Virus record (IMG/VR): IMGVR_UViG_3300002093_000007 | Coordinates: 1-37,149 of that record | Reading direction: 5' to 3' (one strand) | DNA from: a virus | DNA: 37,149 bases | In this document: positions 10,249 through 20,172 of the stretch, piece by piece | Position numbering within the stretch: the first letter of the stretch is position 1 | Layout: every line of letters starts with the position of its first letter | Program-made: the position numbers and the translations under genes | The notes under the pieces: model-generated | Database searches by the model: none | The model's input: the letters and a program-made list of their open reading frames with translations, nothing else | Told to the model about the DNA's origin: nothing

Positions 10249-11811
10249 TTAGATTGTGTGTTTAATTCGGAAGATTTTGCCTGTGGTGCCAGCGTTTCCT
10301 GCTACTCCAGCACCAGCACCAGATCCTGATCCTGCACTACCAGCTGTGCCACCTGCAACAGAATATGTTCCAGTATTAGAGTAAGTATAATATGTTAAAA
10401 TTATAACTCCTCCAGCACCTCCACTACCTCCACCACCACCAGCACCAGCAGAGCCTGTTCCATTAGCACCATTTCCTCCATTGCCACCAAGTGAGCGTAT
10501 TGTTCCTGTATTTACAAAATCGTATGCAAATAGAGTAACATTTCCTCCTCCACCTCCACCACCACCCCCAGTCCCTCCACCCGCCTCATTTGCACCACTA
10601 CCACCACCACCACCACCACCCGAACCACTGTTTATTCCGAAGGTTGTTCCATTAGTCGAACCAATGGGATATGCCTTAGAATTTGGGGTTGTTGTCCCCC
10701 ATACCTCAGTTGTTCCTCCTGATGTTCCAGAAACCGTACCAGACGTTGATGTGGACATCGTAGTAATTGCGGGGAATGTGATGCTTAAATTTTCCGCAGT
10801 AAGAGTGCCAGCTACACCACCAACACCACCCGAGTATCCACCACTAACGCCACCAGCGCCACCAGCAATCCCAACCACACCAACGGCAGTTTTATTTCCT
10901 CCCGCTCCTCCATTGTTTCCTGGTGTATTAACTCCGCCATTCGTGCCACCAATGCCACCAGTAGTGCCAGCAGTACCTGAACCGCCAGCGCCGCCTGCGC
11001 CACCTGCGCCACCTGAACCGCCGGCAGTACCCACTGCACCATTATTCTGAATAGTTCCACCATTCGTAAGTGTGCCTCTTGCATAAATAAAATATCCCGC
11101 AGTATTTATAGTAACACCACTATTTACGGTAAGATTGATTGCTTGAATATCTCTTGTGAGAGTGTATGCACTACCACTTGGCACAAGTCCAAGAATTGTC
11201 GATGACCCATCAAAAACTATAGTACCATCATAACCAAAACCAAGATTTTTTCCTGAAATTGCTCCATCAAACGTTGTCGTCGCCGTAAACGTATTCGCCC
11301 CTGTCCATGTGTTGTCCGCAACAAGGCTGACTGCTGCGGTTGTCCATGTTGGTGCAACGCCTGTCCCTGCCGAAGTGAGGAATTGACCCGAAGTTCCGGG
11401 AACAACTACGCCGATATTGCCCGTACCATTGCCGAGTAGCACCTGATTACTTGCTAATGTTGTCGAACCTGTTCCTCCGTAGGGCACAGTGAGGGCAGTG
11501 CCGTTCCATGTTCCCGATGTAATCGTGCCAAGTGTGGTAATAGTCGTTGAACCCGTTGCTTGCGGATAGATACCGTCAAAATATGCCTTTGACGTTGCCT
11601 TGAGATTTGCCCACGTGAGGCGTTTGGTTGTGTCGGGGTCTGCCGTGGTGTCCACGATCGGCAAGGAGTCTGCGTCCACGGGTGTGGTAAGCGAGGATAA
11701 TGCGGAAATGGTGCTGTTTGCGCCCACATTAGGTGCTTGTGTTGCTTGTACACCGAACCAGCCGGAAACAATGAGTGAGAGTGAGGCGATAATTGTAGCA
11801 ATGTAAGTCAT
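10249..11811 (-). CDS. Glycine-rich fibre-like protein with N-terminal hydrophobic anchor/signal
   Basis: 520 aa. N-terminus MTYIATIIASLSLIVSGWFGVQA, then GTGSTTLASNQVLLGNGTG...GQFLTSAGTGVAPTW, then long GGxGG and poly-G tracts. Confidence 0.55.
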   Translation of the reverse strand: MTYIATIIASLSLIVSGWFGVQATQAPNVGANSTISALSSLTTPVDADSLPIVDTTADPDTTKRLTWANLKATSKAYFDGIYPQATGSTTITTLGTITSGTWNGTALTVPYGGTGSTTLASNQVLLGNGTGNIGVVVPGTSGQFLTSAGTGVAPTWTTAAVSLVADNTWTGANTFTATTTFDGAISGKNLGFGYDGTIVFDGSSTILGLVPSGSAYTLTRDIQAINLTVNSGVTINTAGYFIYARGTLTNGGTIQNNGAVGTAGGSGGAGGAGGAGGSGTAGTTGGIGGTNGGVNTPGNNGGAGGNKTAVGVVGIAGGAGGVSGGYSGGVGGVAGTLTAENLSITFPAITTMSTSTSGTVSGTSGGTTEVWGTTTPNSKAYPIGSTNGTTFGINSGSGGGGGGGSGANEAGGGTGGGGGGGGGNVTLFAYDFVNTGTIRSLGGNGGNGANGTGSAGAGGGGGSGGAGGVIILTYYTYSNTGTYSVAGGTAGSAGSGSGAGAGVAGNAGTTGKIFRIKHTI

Positions 11812-11831
11812 ATTTGATGTATTATAACATA

Positions 11832-12329
11832 TTAAGTCCCCATCCCCATCATCATGCGAGTAGGGGTGGTAGTGGATGCGACGGTGTAGGTAACTTCCAG
11901 GTACGGGTCACTCCCAGTACCAGCAGTCTCGGACATAATTGCACCCATCGAGTTTCTTGCCGCAACTGCCACATTTTCAATATCATGTCCTTCGAGGATT
12001 GCAAGCTTTGTGTATCCAGTTTTATTTATCCAGCCCCTTCCTGTTGAATTAAGTGTAAAGGTATTATAAGCAGATGTGCTTAATCCACTATTTGCAACAT
12101 CAGCAGAACCTTTTGTTGTACCAAAATTATCCCAATCTGATGTTGCGAGTGTGGTATCTGACGCTGTTGTTGTTTGTACGATGGCAAGATATGCTTGTGC
12201 GTCGTTGTCAAGGTTGATTAAAACACTGTTTCCCTTGATATAAAATGTCGCAGCAGAAATAACAGCATCATCAGCTAAGCCTGACGTATCAACTGGGAAT
12301 GAATGTCTTAGTATGTAATATCCAGCCAT
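11832..12329 (-). CDS. Structural-module protein carrying the R-x-S-F-P-V-D-T-S motif; same frame as the upstream ORF
   Basis: 165 aa. Separated from ORF 12333..13280 only by TAA plus one codon. Confidence 0.45.
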   Translation of the reverse strand: MAGYYILRHSFPVDTSGLADDAVISAATFYIKGNSVLINLDNDAQAYLAIVQTTTASDTTLATSDWDNFGTTKGSADVANSGLSTSAYNTFTLNSTGRGWINKTGYTKLAILEGHDIENVAVAARNSMGAIMSETAGTGSDPYLEVTYTVASTTTPTRMMMGMGT

Positions 12330-12332
12330 ATT

Positions 12333-13280
12333 TTATTCGTATGAACAATAATGCGTATAAGCAGTGGCACTTGTGTAATCCACAGAAGACCCAGTCGTGC
12401 CATCGTGTGCTGTTGACCATACACCTGTTCCTGGGGATGGGGAGTATACATATCCATCACCAGCACCAGAGTAATAAGCAGTCACAGTGTCTGCCCTTAC
12501 TGGATAAATAGCACTTTGAAGAAATGCTTTTGGAAACACTTTTGCCTGAAAAAGATTTCCGTTATGGAGTTTCCAAAACACTTTTATTGGTTGTGGGTTA
12601 GGTACTCCAGTCTTACTATCAATGATATACGCTGGCTTGATGATTGACTTCTTTATTGGGTCGGCTTCCTGTATCTCAAAACCCGCAAGACTTTCCATGT
12701 ATCCTTGTTTGTCCCACAGCACACCATTAGCCTTATTCTTCACATTGATCGCATTACCTCCATACTTAAACAATGCAACAAGTTTATGATTTGGGGTGGG
12801 TGGTGCTTCGAGAGTGGCGAGTGATTGAATGACAATCTCCTTCTTGAAGCCTGAACGATGAAGTGTTATTTCAAAATCTATTCCTGCACCGAACGCACCC
12901 ATATACTTAATCACCTTGCCATCGAGCACACCCTGAACGGTTTGCTGATTACGAAACACAACCATGTCCGATAGATTTGTCTTATTCACCCATACAAGTT
13001 TCACTGGGTCGTATGTGATGGTGTGATTATTTCCCTCCCATACGTTCTTGTACTCAATGAGTGTGGGTGCAGAGAAGTCCTTGAGCACTTTCAAGTGATA
13101 GTTGTGCTTCGTCATTTCCCAATATGTACCCATATCCTCGAAAGAAATATCGGAGTCAATAAAGTTTCCGTCAATATCTTTATGATGAATATGCCCCAAG
13201 TGCGCTTGCGTCTTGAAAGTTCCATCTTCATTTCTGAAATGCTTTTGGGTATAGGTTCTTTTTTGAGTAAGTTCTATCAT
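12333..13280 (-). CDS. Structural-module protein
   Basis: 315-aa ORF ending ...GAGDGYVYSPSPGTGVWSTAHDGTTG...CSYE-TAA. Confidence 0.45.
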   Translation of the reverse strand: MIELTQKRTYTQKHFRNEDGTFKTQAHLGHIHHKDIDGNFIDSDISFEDMGTYWEMTKHNYHLKVLKDFSAPTLIEYKNVWEGNNHTITYDPVKLVWVNKTNLSDMVVFRNQQTVQGVLDGKVIKYMGAFGAGIDFEITLHRSGFKKEIVIQSLATLEAPPTPNHKLVALFKYGGNAINVKNKANGVLWDKQGYMESLAGFEIQEADPIKKSIIKPAYIIDSKTGVPNPQPIKVFWKLHNGNLFQAKVFPKAFLQSAIYPVRADTVTAYYSGAGDGYVYSPSPGTGVWSTAHDGTTGSSVDYTSATAYTHYCSYE

Positions 13281-13283
13281 ATC

Positions 13284-14057
13284 TTATGCTATGAACCCTG
13301 AGACAAAGACTGCGTGTGTGGTAACCGTTGTGCTGGTAATGCAAAGTGCGGTGTTCGCTGTGAGTTTGATTGGGTCAAGGAGAGAAAGGGTCGCGCCACC
13401 ATTGATGGAGGGATATATTTCATAGAGTACCGTACCACCTGAACCGTCAAGAAGTGTGATATTTCCCGCCGTTGCACCATTTGAGATGGAAAGTGTCGTG
13501 ATGTAGATGGAGAGTCCTGCGCCTGGAGCTGCCTTTACTGAGGCATTCGTCTGTGCTGCGGCATAATCTGCGGATACATGGAAGAAGAACGGGTGCGAGG
13601 TGGATACATACTGCCTGCCCTGCAAGTCGGCAATACCATTTACGCGGTCACCTTCTGCAACGGCGGTTTGTGGTGCGGTCCCATCGTTTGCGTAAGCCTT
13701 GAAGCCCACCTTTACTGGTGCGCCAGAGTCTGCGGCATCGTGCGCTACGTCGCCAGAGTCCTGTACAGCAAATGTTCCTGCGTTTGTAACAGCGTGAGAG
13801 GGGACAGAGGCGAGAGAGACAGGTTGAGTAGCTTGATAGAATGTTCCCGTGACCGCGACGCTACCAGTGATCGTCACATCATTATCTGCACCCAAGTCCA
13901 CCTTGAGTCCTGCTGTTGCATCAACGGGTGCAACGCCTGCGTTTGTCGATGGGTCGCCAAGCACAACCACCTGACGATGATTGCCGTTTGTCGCTTCAGT
14001 GCGCGTGTCGATTCCCGTACCTGTGCCCTCTGTAATGTTTACTGCTGAGTCTGCCAT
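13284..14057 (-). CDS. Structural-module protein
   Basis: 257-aa ORF. Confidence 0.4.
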   Translation of the reverse strand: MADSAVNITEGTGTGIDTRTEATNGNHRQVVVLGDPSTNAGVAPVDATAGLKVDLGADNDVTITGSVAVTGTFYQATQPVSLASVPSHAVTNAGTFAVQDSGDVAHDAADSGAPVKVGFKAYANDGTAPQTAVAEGDRVNGIADLQGRQYVSTSHPFFFHVSADYAAAQTNASVKAAPGAGLSIYITTLSISNGATAGNITLLDGSGGTVLYEIYPSINGGATLSLLDPIKLTANTALCITSTTVTTHAVFVSGFIA

Positions 14058-14058
14058 A

Positions 14059-14355
14059 TTAGTTTCTTACTGATAATGAATAAGCTGATGAGTTTCTTCC
14101 GCTCAGTATGTTTGTGACACTCGTAAGCACAAGAAGAAGTCCCATTGGTGTCCCCTGCGTTATTACTGTCGAGCGTGCACCGAGTGAATATGCTGACGCA
14201 TTTCTCGCAGACAGGTTTGGATCATGTGTTGGATTCTCAATCAGTATCTCATCACCATTTTCTTGCAGTAACGCAAAGCCGTCCTCTTTCAACAAAACCC
14301 CAGTGTTGCGATTGGGGAGTGCATAGGTTGAATTGTTTCTTGATGGGAGGGGCAT
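14059..14355 (-). CDS. Hypothetical small structural-module protein
   Basis: 98-aa ORF. Confidence 0.4.
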   Translation of the reverse strand: MPLPSRNNSTYALPNRNTGVLLKEDGFALLQENGDEILIENPTHDPNLSARNASAYSLGARSTVITQGTPMGLLLVLTSVTNILSGRNSSAYSLSVRN

Positions 14356-14357
14356 GG

Positions 14358-15083
14358 TTATTTATTACTTTCCATCTTTGATCTAAATCGTTTTGGAATA
14401 TGATCATCCATATTCGCATAATCACGCTTAAACAATTCCAGACGCGTGAGAAAGCGTTGCTCATACATATTTGCGAGATTGGGGTTTGTCGGGAGAAGGT
14501 ATGTCGCGGACGCCTTGAGGGGGAGTAGGTCGTGGTATGTCTCCATGAATCCAGGTTCCTGGGTTGTATCAGTTGAAACAAACGCATCAGGGACACGCTG
14601 AAACTCAAAATAGAAATTAGTGTAATCCGAAAGCGTTGCAGCGTTGGGTGGACAATTAAATATAATGCTTTCTCCATGTCTCTTGTATTGTGTTGGCATC
14701 CCACTAGTGGTTGTTACCGAACCATTATCCTCCATCAGCGTGAGATAGGTGCGCTCGCCGTCTTTGAGAAGGTACACACCATTCAAGCGCAAGAATGTAG
14801 CAAGATTTGCACCCGTAGTCGCAACGGGAATTGTATAGTCCGCTTGGTCAAGCACGAGTGTGATTGGTGCGTCGGGAAAATCAGTATAATTGTAATCATC
14901 CACTTTTGCTAAACGATCAACAGACATCTGCGCCATCCACACCTCAAAATACGCGCTGTTGATATACCCCGTGAACTGCTTCAAGAGCGTTGCGTTATTC
15001 GAGATTCCTCCATCACCGAGAAGCGTGAGCGCCTCACAGCGTTGGATGATACCTGACTTTGTTGTGATGTCTGAGAATTGCAT
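14358..15083 (-). CDS. Possible head-tail adaptor/connector protein
   Basis: 241-aa ORF downstream of the capsid genes. Assigned by position only. Confidence 0.3.
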   Translation of the reverse strand: MQFSDITTKSGIIQRCEALTLLGDGGISNNATLLKQFTGYINSAYFEVWMAQMSVDRLAKVDDYNYTDFPDAPITLVLDQADYTIPVATTGANLATFLRLNGVYLLKDGERTYLTLMEDNGSVTTTSGMPTQYKRHGESIIFNCPPNAATLSDYTNFYFEFQRVPDAFVSTDTTQEPGFMETYHDLLPLKASATYLLPTNPNLANMYEQRFLTRLELFKRDYANMDDHIPKRFRSKMESNK

Positions 15084-15173
15084 AGGTTATGGTGGAGTTA
15101 TTATTATCTTTGAGCTTGGGGGAAGAAAGAGTCTATCTGTCCTCTCCCTAGCCAAAAGACTAAGGGATATAGG

Positions 15174-15692
15174 CTATATCTGCTCGAACGTTGCCTGACA
15201 AGTACCATCGTAAGTGTACCCACCAAGTCCTGCACCTGCAGTCTTTACAACTACCCATGTGCTTGGAGCCATGACTGAATCATCCACAGACCCACCTGCT
15301 GATGACCATGTTGCATAGCCACGCGCACCTGATGCGACAGACTTTGCAGCAACAAGATTTGTTGTCGTTGCGTACCGTGTCGTTGATGTACCCATATCAA
15401 TAGTTGCCGCCGTTGAAGTACCTGTGTTTATCTGCCACGATGCGGACACCAGTGTTGATGTTGCAACTGGGGACTGGATAGCGCAGATGGTTGTCGTTGC
15501 TGCTGTAAACGGTGGGCGTGCTGCCCATCGACGTACGTTACCAAATGACAAGTATGGACTTGAGATATCTGGTGATGATACTCCCCCAACAATAGGAGGC
15601 TGTACAGGGTCAACCTTATCTGCTGGCAATACTGTACCTGCAACAAACGCAAGTACGGCGACCACTGTTGCAATAATTACGTTTTTCTTCAT
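15174..15692 (-). CDS. Protein with N-terminal TM/signal segment in the head module
   Basis: 172 aa. N-terminus MKKNVIIATVVAVLAFVAGTV. Confidence 0.4.
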   Translation of the reverse strand: MKKNVIIATVVAVLAFVAGTVLPADKVDPVQPPIVGGVSSPDISSPYLSFGNVRRWAARPPFTAATTTICAIQSPVATSTLVSASWQINTGTSTAATIDMGTSTTRYATTTNLVAAKSVASGARGYATWSSAGGSVDDSVMAPSTWVVVKTAGAGLGGYTYDGTCQATFEQI

Positions 15693-15695
15693 ATA

Positions 15696-16064
15696 TTATT
15701 TTTGTGTAATGTTATTCTTGAATGATACATTCCCCGAAATACCATCAACACGCTCACCACGAAAAACAAAGAGCTTGTTAGGATCATTCTCAAGTTCGAG
15801 CAACTGTTTAATGAGTGCATCCTTCTTAATATTCCACTTCTCTGGATTTGAGTAAGCGTATGCGTTGATAGTTTTTGCGAATTCTGCCTGTGCATCATTT
15901 GCCCAAGCACCACTTTCAGGTTTTACAACGAGAGGGAGGTCTACGGGTTTGAGAATGAGTGGATCACCCACGATAATGCCGTTAACAGCATTCTTTACAG
16001 GCTCCGCTGCGGCTTCGACAACTTTCTTTGATGGCTTTGCCGTAATGTCTGTTTCTTTTTCCAT
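15696..16064 (-). CDS. Hypothetical head-module protein
   Basis: 122-aa ORF after the capsid gene. Confidence 0.4.
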   Translation of the reverse strand: MEKETDITAKPSKKVVEAAAEPVKNAVNGIIVGDPLILKPVDLPLVVKPESGAWANDAQAEFAKTINAYAYSNPEKWNIKKDALIKQLLELENDPNKLFVFRGERVDGISGNVSFKNNITQK

Positions 16065-16150
16065 ATTACGTTAATGTTATCCTCTCGGAGCGTCTGCTGG
16101 AGACGTCGGTGGGAGCATCTCCATGAGACACCCCAAGAGGGGTGAATAAT

Positions 16151-17011
16151 TTAGGCAAGCGTAATGTCGACAACGAGTCCGGCATTCTGCGCCCACAATT
16201 TGAAACCAATAAGTCCGAAAACTACGATTTCGCGACCAGTCTTTCCCGTAACACCCTTCTCGTCGTACTGAATGCCACGAGGTGATGCGTATGTTGCGGA
16301 GTTCTTTACTCCGAAGACACGATGACCTGAGTTCGTAACAGTCGTTGTTCCGAGTGTCGCAGAAACGAATGTACCTGAGCGAACAACGAAGATGTCCACA
16401 CCAATCCAGATACCCATGATTCCATTGCGGAGATGAGCGTCAGCGAATGTATATCCGTTTGTCGCACCCGCTATTGCGAATCCGACAAGGTCAGTGTTTT
16501 CTACGACAATGAACATGCCTGCGCCATCCGAGTAATTCGTCTGGTATCCTGCGACCTTTGAGACAAGGTTACCCATGATCTCATTGATGTTTGCAGAAGT
16601 CGTGAATCCGCCTACAGGGGTTGTATATGCACCTGTCGCGTCTTCACAAAGATTATTCAGCACGAACTTGTCGATACCGAATGCGACTGCATACATCATA
16701 TTGTCGAGGCGGGATGCCGCGACATCAAACACTGCGAAAAAGTCCTCGTGTGCAAAGATATGCTCTGCGTAGATGACCTCATCTGTTACCGTGAGCGCGT
16801 CATCGGTGATGGTCCAAGCGGTAACAGAGTATGTGCCTGCGACTGCCTGAATTGTTGCTGTTGGCTGGCTACCGTAAGGATTCTGAATGCGCTTTGAATC
16901 AGAACTATCTACCTTACAAATCTTTTCTGTGACAAGTGCGTTGCGGAGCACGATGTCGTACTGGCTTTTGAGATAAGTATCTCGCTCGCCGTATGTTGAT
17001 TGAGTATTCAC
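16151..17011 (-). CDS. Putative major capsid protein
   Basis: 286 aa, directly downstream of the scaffold-like gene and followed by a hairpin-rich 86-nt spacer. The start codon appears to be GTG. Confidence 0.5.
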   Translation of the reverse strand: MNTQSTYGERDTYLKSQYDIVLRNALVTEKICKVDSSDSKRIQNPYGSQPTATIQAVAGTYSVTAWTITDDALTVTDEVIYAEHIFAHEDFFAVFDVAASRLDNMMYAVAFGIDKFVLNNLCEDATGAYTTPVGGFTTSANINEIMGNLVSKVAGYQTNYSDGAGMFIVVENTDLVGFAIAGATNGYTFADAHLRNGIMGIWIGVDIFVVRSGTFVSATLGTTTVTNSGHRVFGVKNSATYASPRGIQYDEKGVTGKTGREIVVFGLIGFKLWAQNAGLVVDITLA

Positions 17012-17046
17012 AAATTAGGGGTTAGTGCTAACTAATCCCACCGATA

Positions 17047-17652
17047 TTATTTCAGTCCTCGGCGTAACTCAAACAATCGCTGTGCTTCCGGTGAACCTGC
17101 TTGAGGAATCTTCCCCTCGCGGAACCCCTTAAGGATTGCATCATCGCTTGATCGCGTTTGCGTGCGTGTCTGCTTTCCTGTGCTTGTTGCGTTTGCGGTG
17201 TTACGCTTTTCTACCTTGTCCGCAAGTATTGCCTTCATCGTTGAGTCTTTCACTGCATCAGCAACAGAGATGTTCTTAAACTTTGCATACGCAACAACAT
17301 CGTCAATATCGTCAGTTGATACTTTTGCCTCAATGAGGACAAAAACGTCTTTCGATGATAATTCGCTTGTTGATTGCTTTGGCTCTTCGGTCCCGCTTTT
17401 CTGTTTGGCAGATTTCTCCGCCTTCTCAGCGCGCGTCTTATAGTTGTTTGCAAGTTCTTCGTGCTTTGCTGCCTTCTCAGAAATCTCTTTGAAGACCTGC
17501 GGAATGACTTCTCTCTTTTTTTCCTCGATTTTCGCAGTCACCTCATCATCTGAGAGACCATCGAGTGATGACTGGAAGTCTGTATCGCCATCAAGCTTTT
17601 CTTGGATTAAGGTATCCAAACCATGTTCGTTCTCCATATTTGTAGGAGGCAT
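17047..17652 (-). CDS. Putative scaffolding protein
   Basis: 201 aa, highly charged (K/E/D-rich) and predicted helical. Lies between the portal and capsid genes. Confidence 0.5.
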   Translation of the reverse strand: MPPTNMENEHGLDTLIQEKLDGDTDFQSSLDGLSDDEVTAKIEEKKREVIPQVFKEISEKAAKHEELANNYKTRAEKAEKSAKQKSGTEEPKQSTSELSSKDVFVLIEAKVSTDDIDDVVAYAKFKNISVADAVKDSTMKAILADKVEKRNTANATSTGKQTRTQTRSSDDAILKGFREGKIPQAGSPEAQRLFELRRGLK

Positions 17653-17709
17653 TTTAGGACGACCAACAAGTCCGATTACTACTATTATAACACATTTTTA
17701 ATGTCAATA

Positions 17710-18267
17710 CTACTTCGATGAATCCATGCTCAAGCGTGCCTTTGTCTCTTCTACGGTTTCCTCCTTTTTCCCTATGAACATTTTTGCACGGACTAGTTCA
17801 AAATCAACTTGGAGCAACAGTGTTCTACGAGCCTCAATATCTGTAACAATGTCAAAACGGTCTTCCATCTTGCTCGTCAATATTTTTTCGAATGTATCGT
17901 TGAGCACAAATGATGATGGCATATCTGGTGTGCGAATATTCGCGAGTCGCTCCTTAATGTACGCACTTACCTTTGCGCGCGACACTATTTTTAGATACGC
18001 ATTATCAAGTGGCAATTCTCCGAGCGACAAGCTCAGCCACACATCATTTACTTTCTGCAATCCACTATTTGCATTCGCAAGTGGGTTGAAAAGGTGTGTG
18101 AGTAGTGCAATGTCAGAGTCATCAAGCGTCATCAAGAATGCCTTATGTGCACTCGTGAGGTCAAATTGTAGGAGATAATTGCGTATCGCCTCGATACCCG
18201 TATCATTTCCTGCAAAAAGGCGTTTGAGATGTGCGATCTGCGCGTCTGTATAAGCAAAATCTTTCAT
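17710..18267 (-). CDS. Hypothetical protein between portal and scaffold
   Basis: 185-aa ORF. Confidence 0.4.
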   Translation of the reverse strand: MKDFAYTDAQIAHLKRLFAGNDTGIEAIRNYLLQFDLTSAHKAFLMTLDDSDIALLTHLFNPLANANSGLQKVNDVWLSLSLGELPLDNAYLKIVSRAKVSAYIKERLANIRTPDMPSSFVLNDTFEKILTSKMEDRFDIVTDIEARRTLLLQVDFELVRAKMFIGKKEETVEETKARLSMDSSK

Positions 18268-18291
18268 ATGTTCGTTATTTATTTATTATCC

Positions 18292-20127
18292 TCAACCACC
18301 AAGTACGTTCGACCCACCGACTGGTAATGGTTGAGGGGCATTGGGTTGTGGTGCTGGCGCACTCTGTATTGCTTTCATTTCGGCGGGTGAGATTGCGGAT
18401 GTTTCTTCAAGTATCTTTCCGAGTACCATGCGTGCATTTTCCACATCGCCCATTCTTACGAGATTTGCGAGTGTCGCGTTTAGATCAGAGAGGAGCGTGC
18501 TCTTATTGTGCATCTCATTCGTCACTTCCACCTCAACACGCTTCTTAAAACCCTTGAACAATTCTTTCCATGTCTGTCCTTTAATATCTTCCGGGCTAAG
18601 TGGACGTGTGCGTCCCATTGGGGCAAGCTCTTGCTGTATCGCCTGCTCTGCGATATCAGATTTGTACGGACTTGGTAATTCTCCATTCAGTATCTGTTCG
18701 CCCGCCTGCTTGTTATAGCGACGGATAGCTTCGTTCGGAACATACATCGAATCAAATTGCTTGATGCCTTCATCGGAAAGCGTTGCCATTATTTCATCAC
18801 TCGAGGTCATTGTCTTATCAATAAATGGAAGGACAAAACGAGTCATCATTTCTTCGAGGGCGAGTCCTTTGTTTTCCAGCATAATCTCAAAAAGCGAAGA
18901 TGACTGTTGCGCGAGTTGCTCTGCGAGAATTGCGGGTGTTCCCGATGGCATCGTGTTACCACGGAGTGCGTCGGGCGTGCTTGTAACCTCCATGCTCTGA
19001 TTCTTCCAATTGACCATGTCGTTACGAAGTTCGGGGAGTGCACCGGAACTGTTTCCCATTTGCACAGGTACTAGTGGCATACCTGACTTGTGAATGATGA
19101 ACTCTCCACCCACGAGATTCTCAACCGCATTCTTGCCCATAAAGCTATCATCATCGGTCTGCAGTAAGAGTTTTGATACAAGGTCAAGATAATCCTTGAT
19201 GTTCTTCTCATTGTGGTTGGTCATCCATTGCGCCTCGAAGAGAGATTTGACGGCTCCCATTGAAAGAATATATCCATCCTCTTCAATGAGATGTGTAATC
19301 ATGTGAGGATTATCTTCTTTGCCGACAAAAAGCGTGTAGTCTTCGTATTCGTTTCTATTTGCACCACGTCGCCCTGAGCGAACATACGAGATTGCGTGCA
19401 TTTGATGGAAAAATTCATTTTCATCACCATCTTTCACCTCCTCGCCACGGGCCTGTTTGTATTGCGCAAGCGATAGCTCTCCATGCACTTCATAAACAAG
19501 AATAGAATCTGCTTTGGTATCTTTCGATTGCCTACCGAGCGTTTTACGTGTTTCAAGCGAAGTAAGGAGCTCGTCAACCAGCTTCTGGTCATAATTCTTT
19601 TGCTTTTTAAGCTGTGATGGTGTGTAGTATATTTTCTTGATGAGTGGAGCGTGGTCAAAAGCGATAGAGTCCACAATGATGTTATTCCAATCGAGCACGG
19701 ATGGTACAAGTTCGCCATCTTTTTCCACGAATTCAACAACTGCCGAGCCATACTTTGAAAGTGTACGTCCCCACTTATTCAAAAATACTCCAAACTTTGC
19801 AGTCTTCATCCACTCTTGGACTTTCGCATTATAAAATATCTGCAAGATGTGGTCCGATGACCTTGTCGCGCGTATATTGATATTCGCACGATCGATGTCT
19901 GTTGCACGATACCAGATGTTCATCGCCGCGATGACGATATTGAAAAACGGCTTCTCGCGACCGAGTGAATCTGTTTCGCCACTGATATGTTTCGAATTCG
20001 CGTACGCATCTATCTTCTCGATATCATCTTTGAGCGAAACAGTAACATACTTCGATTTTATCGTTTTGCCTGACTCATATTCTGTTTCCGCCTTGCGCAC
20101 TAAATCTTGTATTGTTTCTGTGGTCAT
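18292..20127 (-). CDS. Putative portal protein
   Basis: 611 aa, immediately downstream of the large terminase. Size and position are typical for a portal. Confidence 0.6.
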   Translation of the reverse strand: MTTETIQDLVRKAETEYESGKTIKSKYVTVSLKDDIEKIDAYANSKHISGETDSLGREKPFFNIVIAAMNIWYRATDIDRANINIRATRSSDHILQIFYNAKVQEWMKTAKFGVFLNKWGRTLSKYGSAVVEFVEKDGELVPSVLDWNNIIVDSIAFDHAPLIKKIYYTPSQLKKQKNYDQKLVDELLTSLETRKTLGRQSKDTKADSILVYEVHGELSLAQYKQARGEEVKDGDENEFFHQMHAISYVRSGRRGANRNEYEDYTLFVGKEDNPHMITHLIEEDGYILSMGAVKSLFEAQWMTNHNEKNIKDYLDLVSKLLLQTDDDSFMGKNAVENLVGGEFIIHKSGMPLVPVQMGNSSGALPELRNDMVNWKNQSMEVTSTPDALRGNTMPSGTPAILAEQLAQQSSSLFEIMLENKGLALEEMMTRFVLPFIDKTMTSSDEIMATLSDEGIKQFDSMYVPNEAIRRYNKQAGEQILNGELPSPYKSDIAEQAIQQELAPMGRTRPLSPEDIKGQTWKELFKGFKKRVEVEVTNEMHNKSTLLSDLNATLANLVRMGDVENARMVLGKILEETSAISPAEMKAIQSAPAPQPNAPQPLPVGGSNVLGG

Positions 20128-20172
20128 ATCATTCGTCCCACCGAATGAATAAACTTAATAAATTATACCATG

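Noticed and set aside
10481-11050. 189-aa Pro-rich plus-strand ORF, and the 90-aa ORF at 10812..11084
   Set aside because: These are mirror-image or alternative-frame artefacts of the GGN-rich coding strand of the 520-aa fibre gene. Poly-Pro is simply the antisense reading of poly-Gly.
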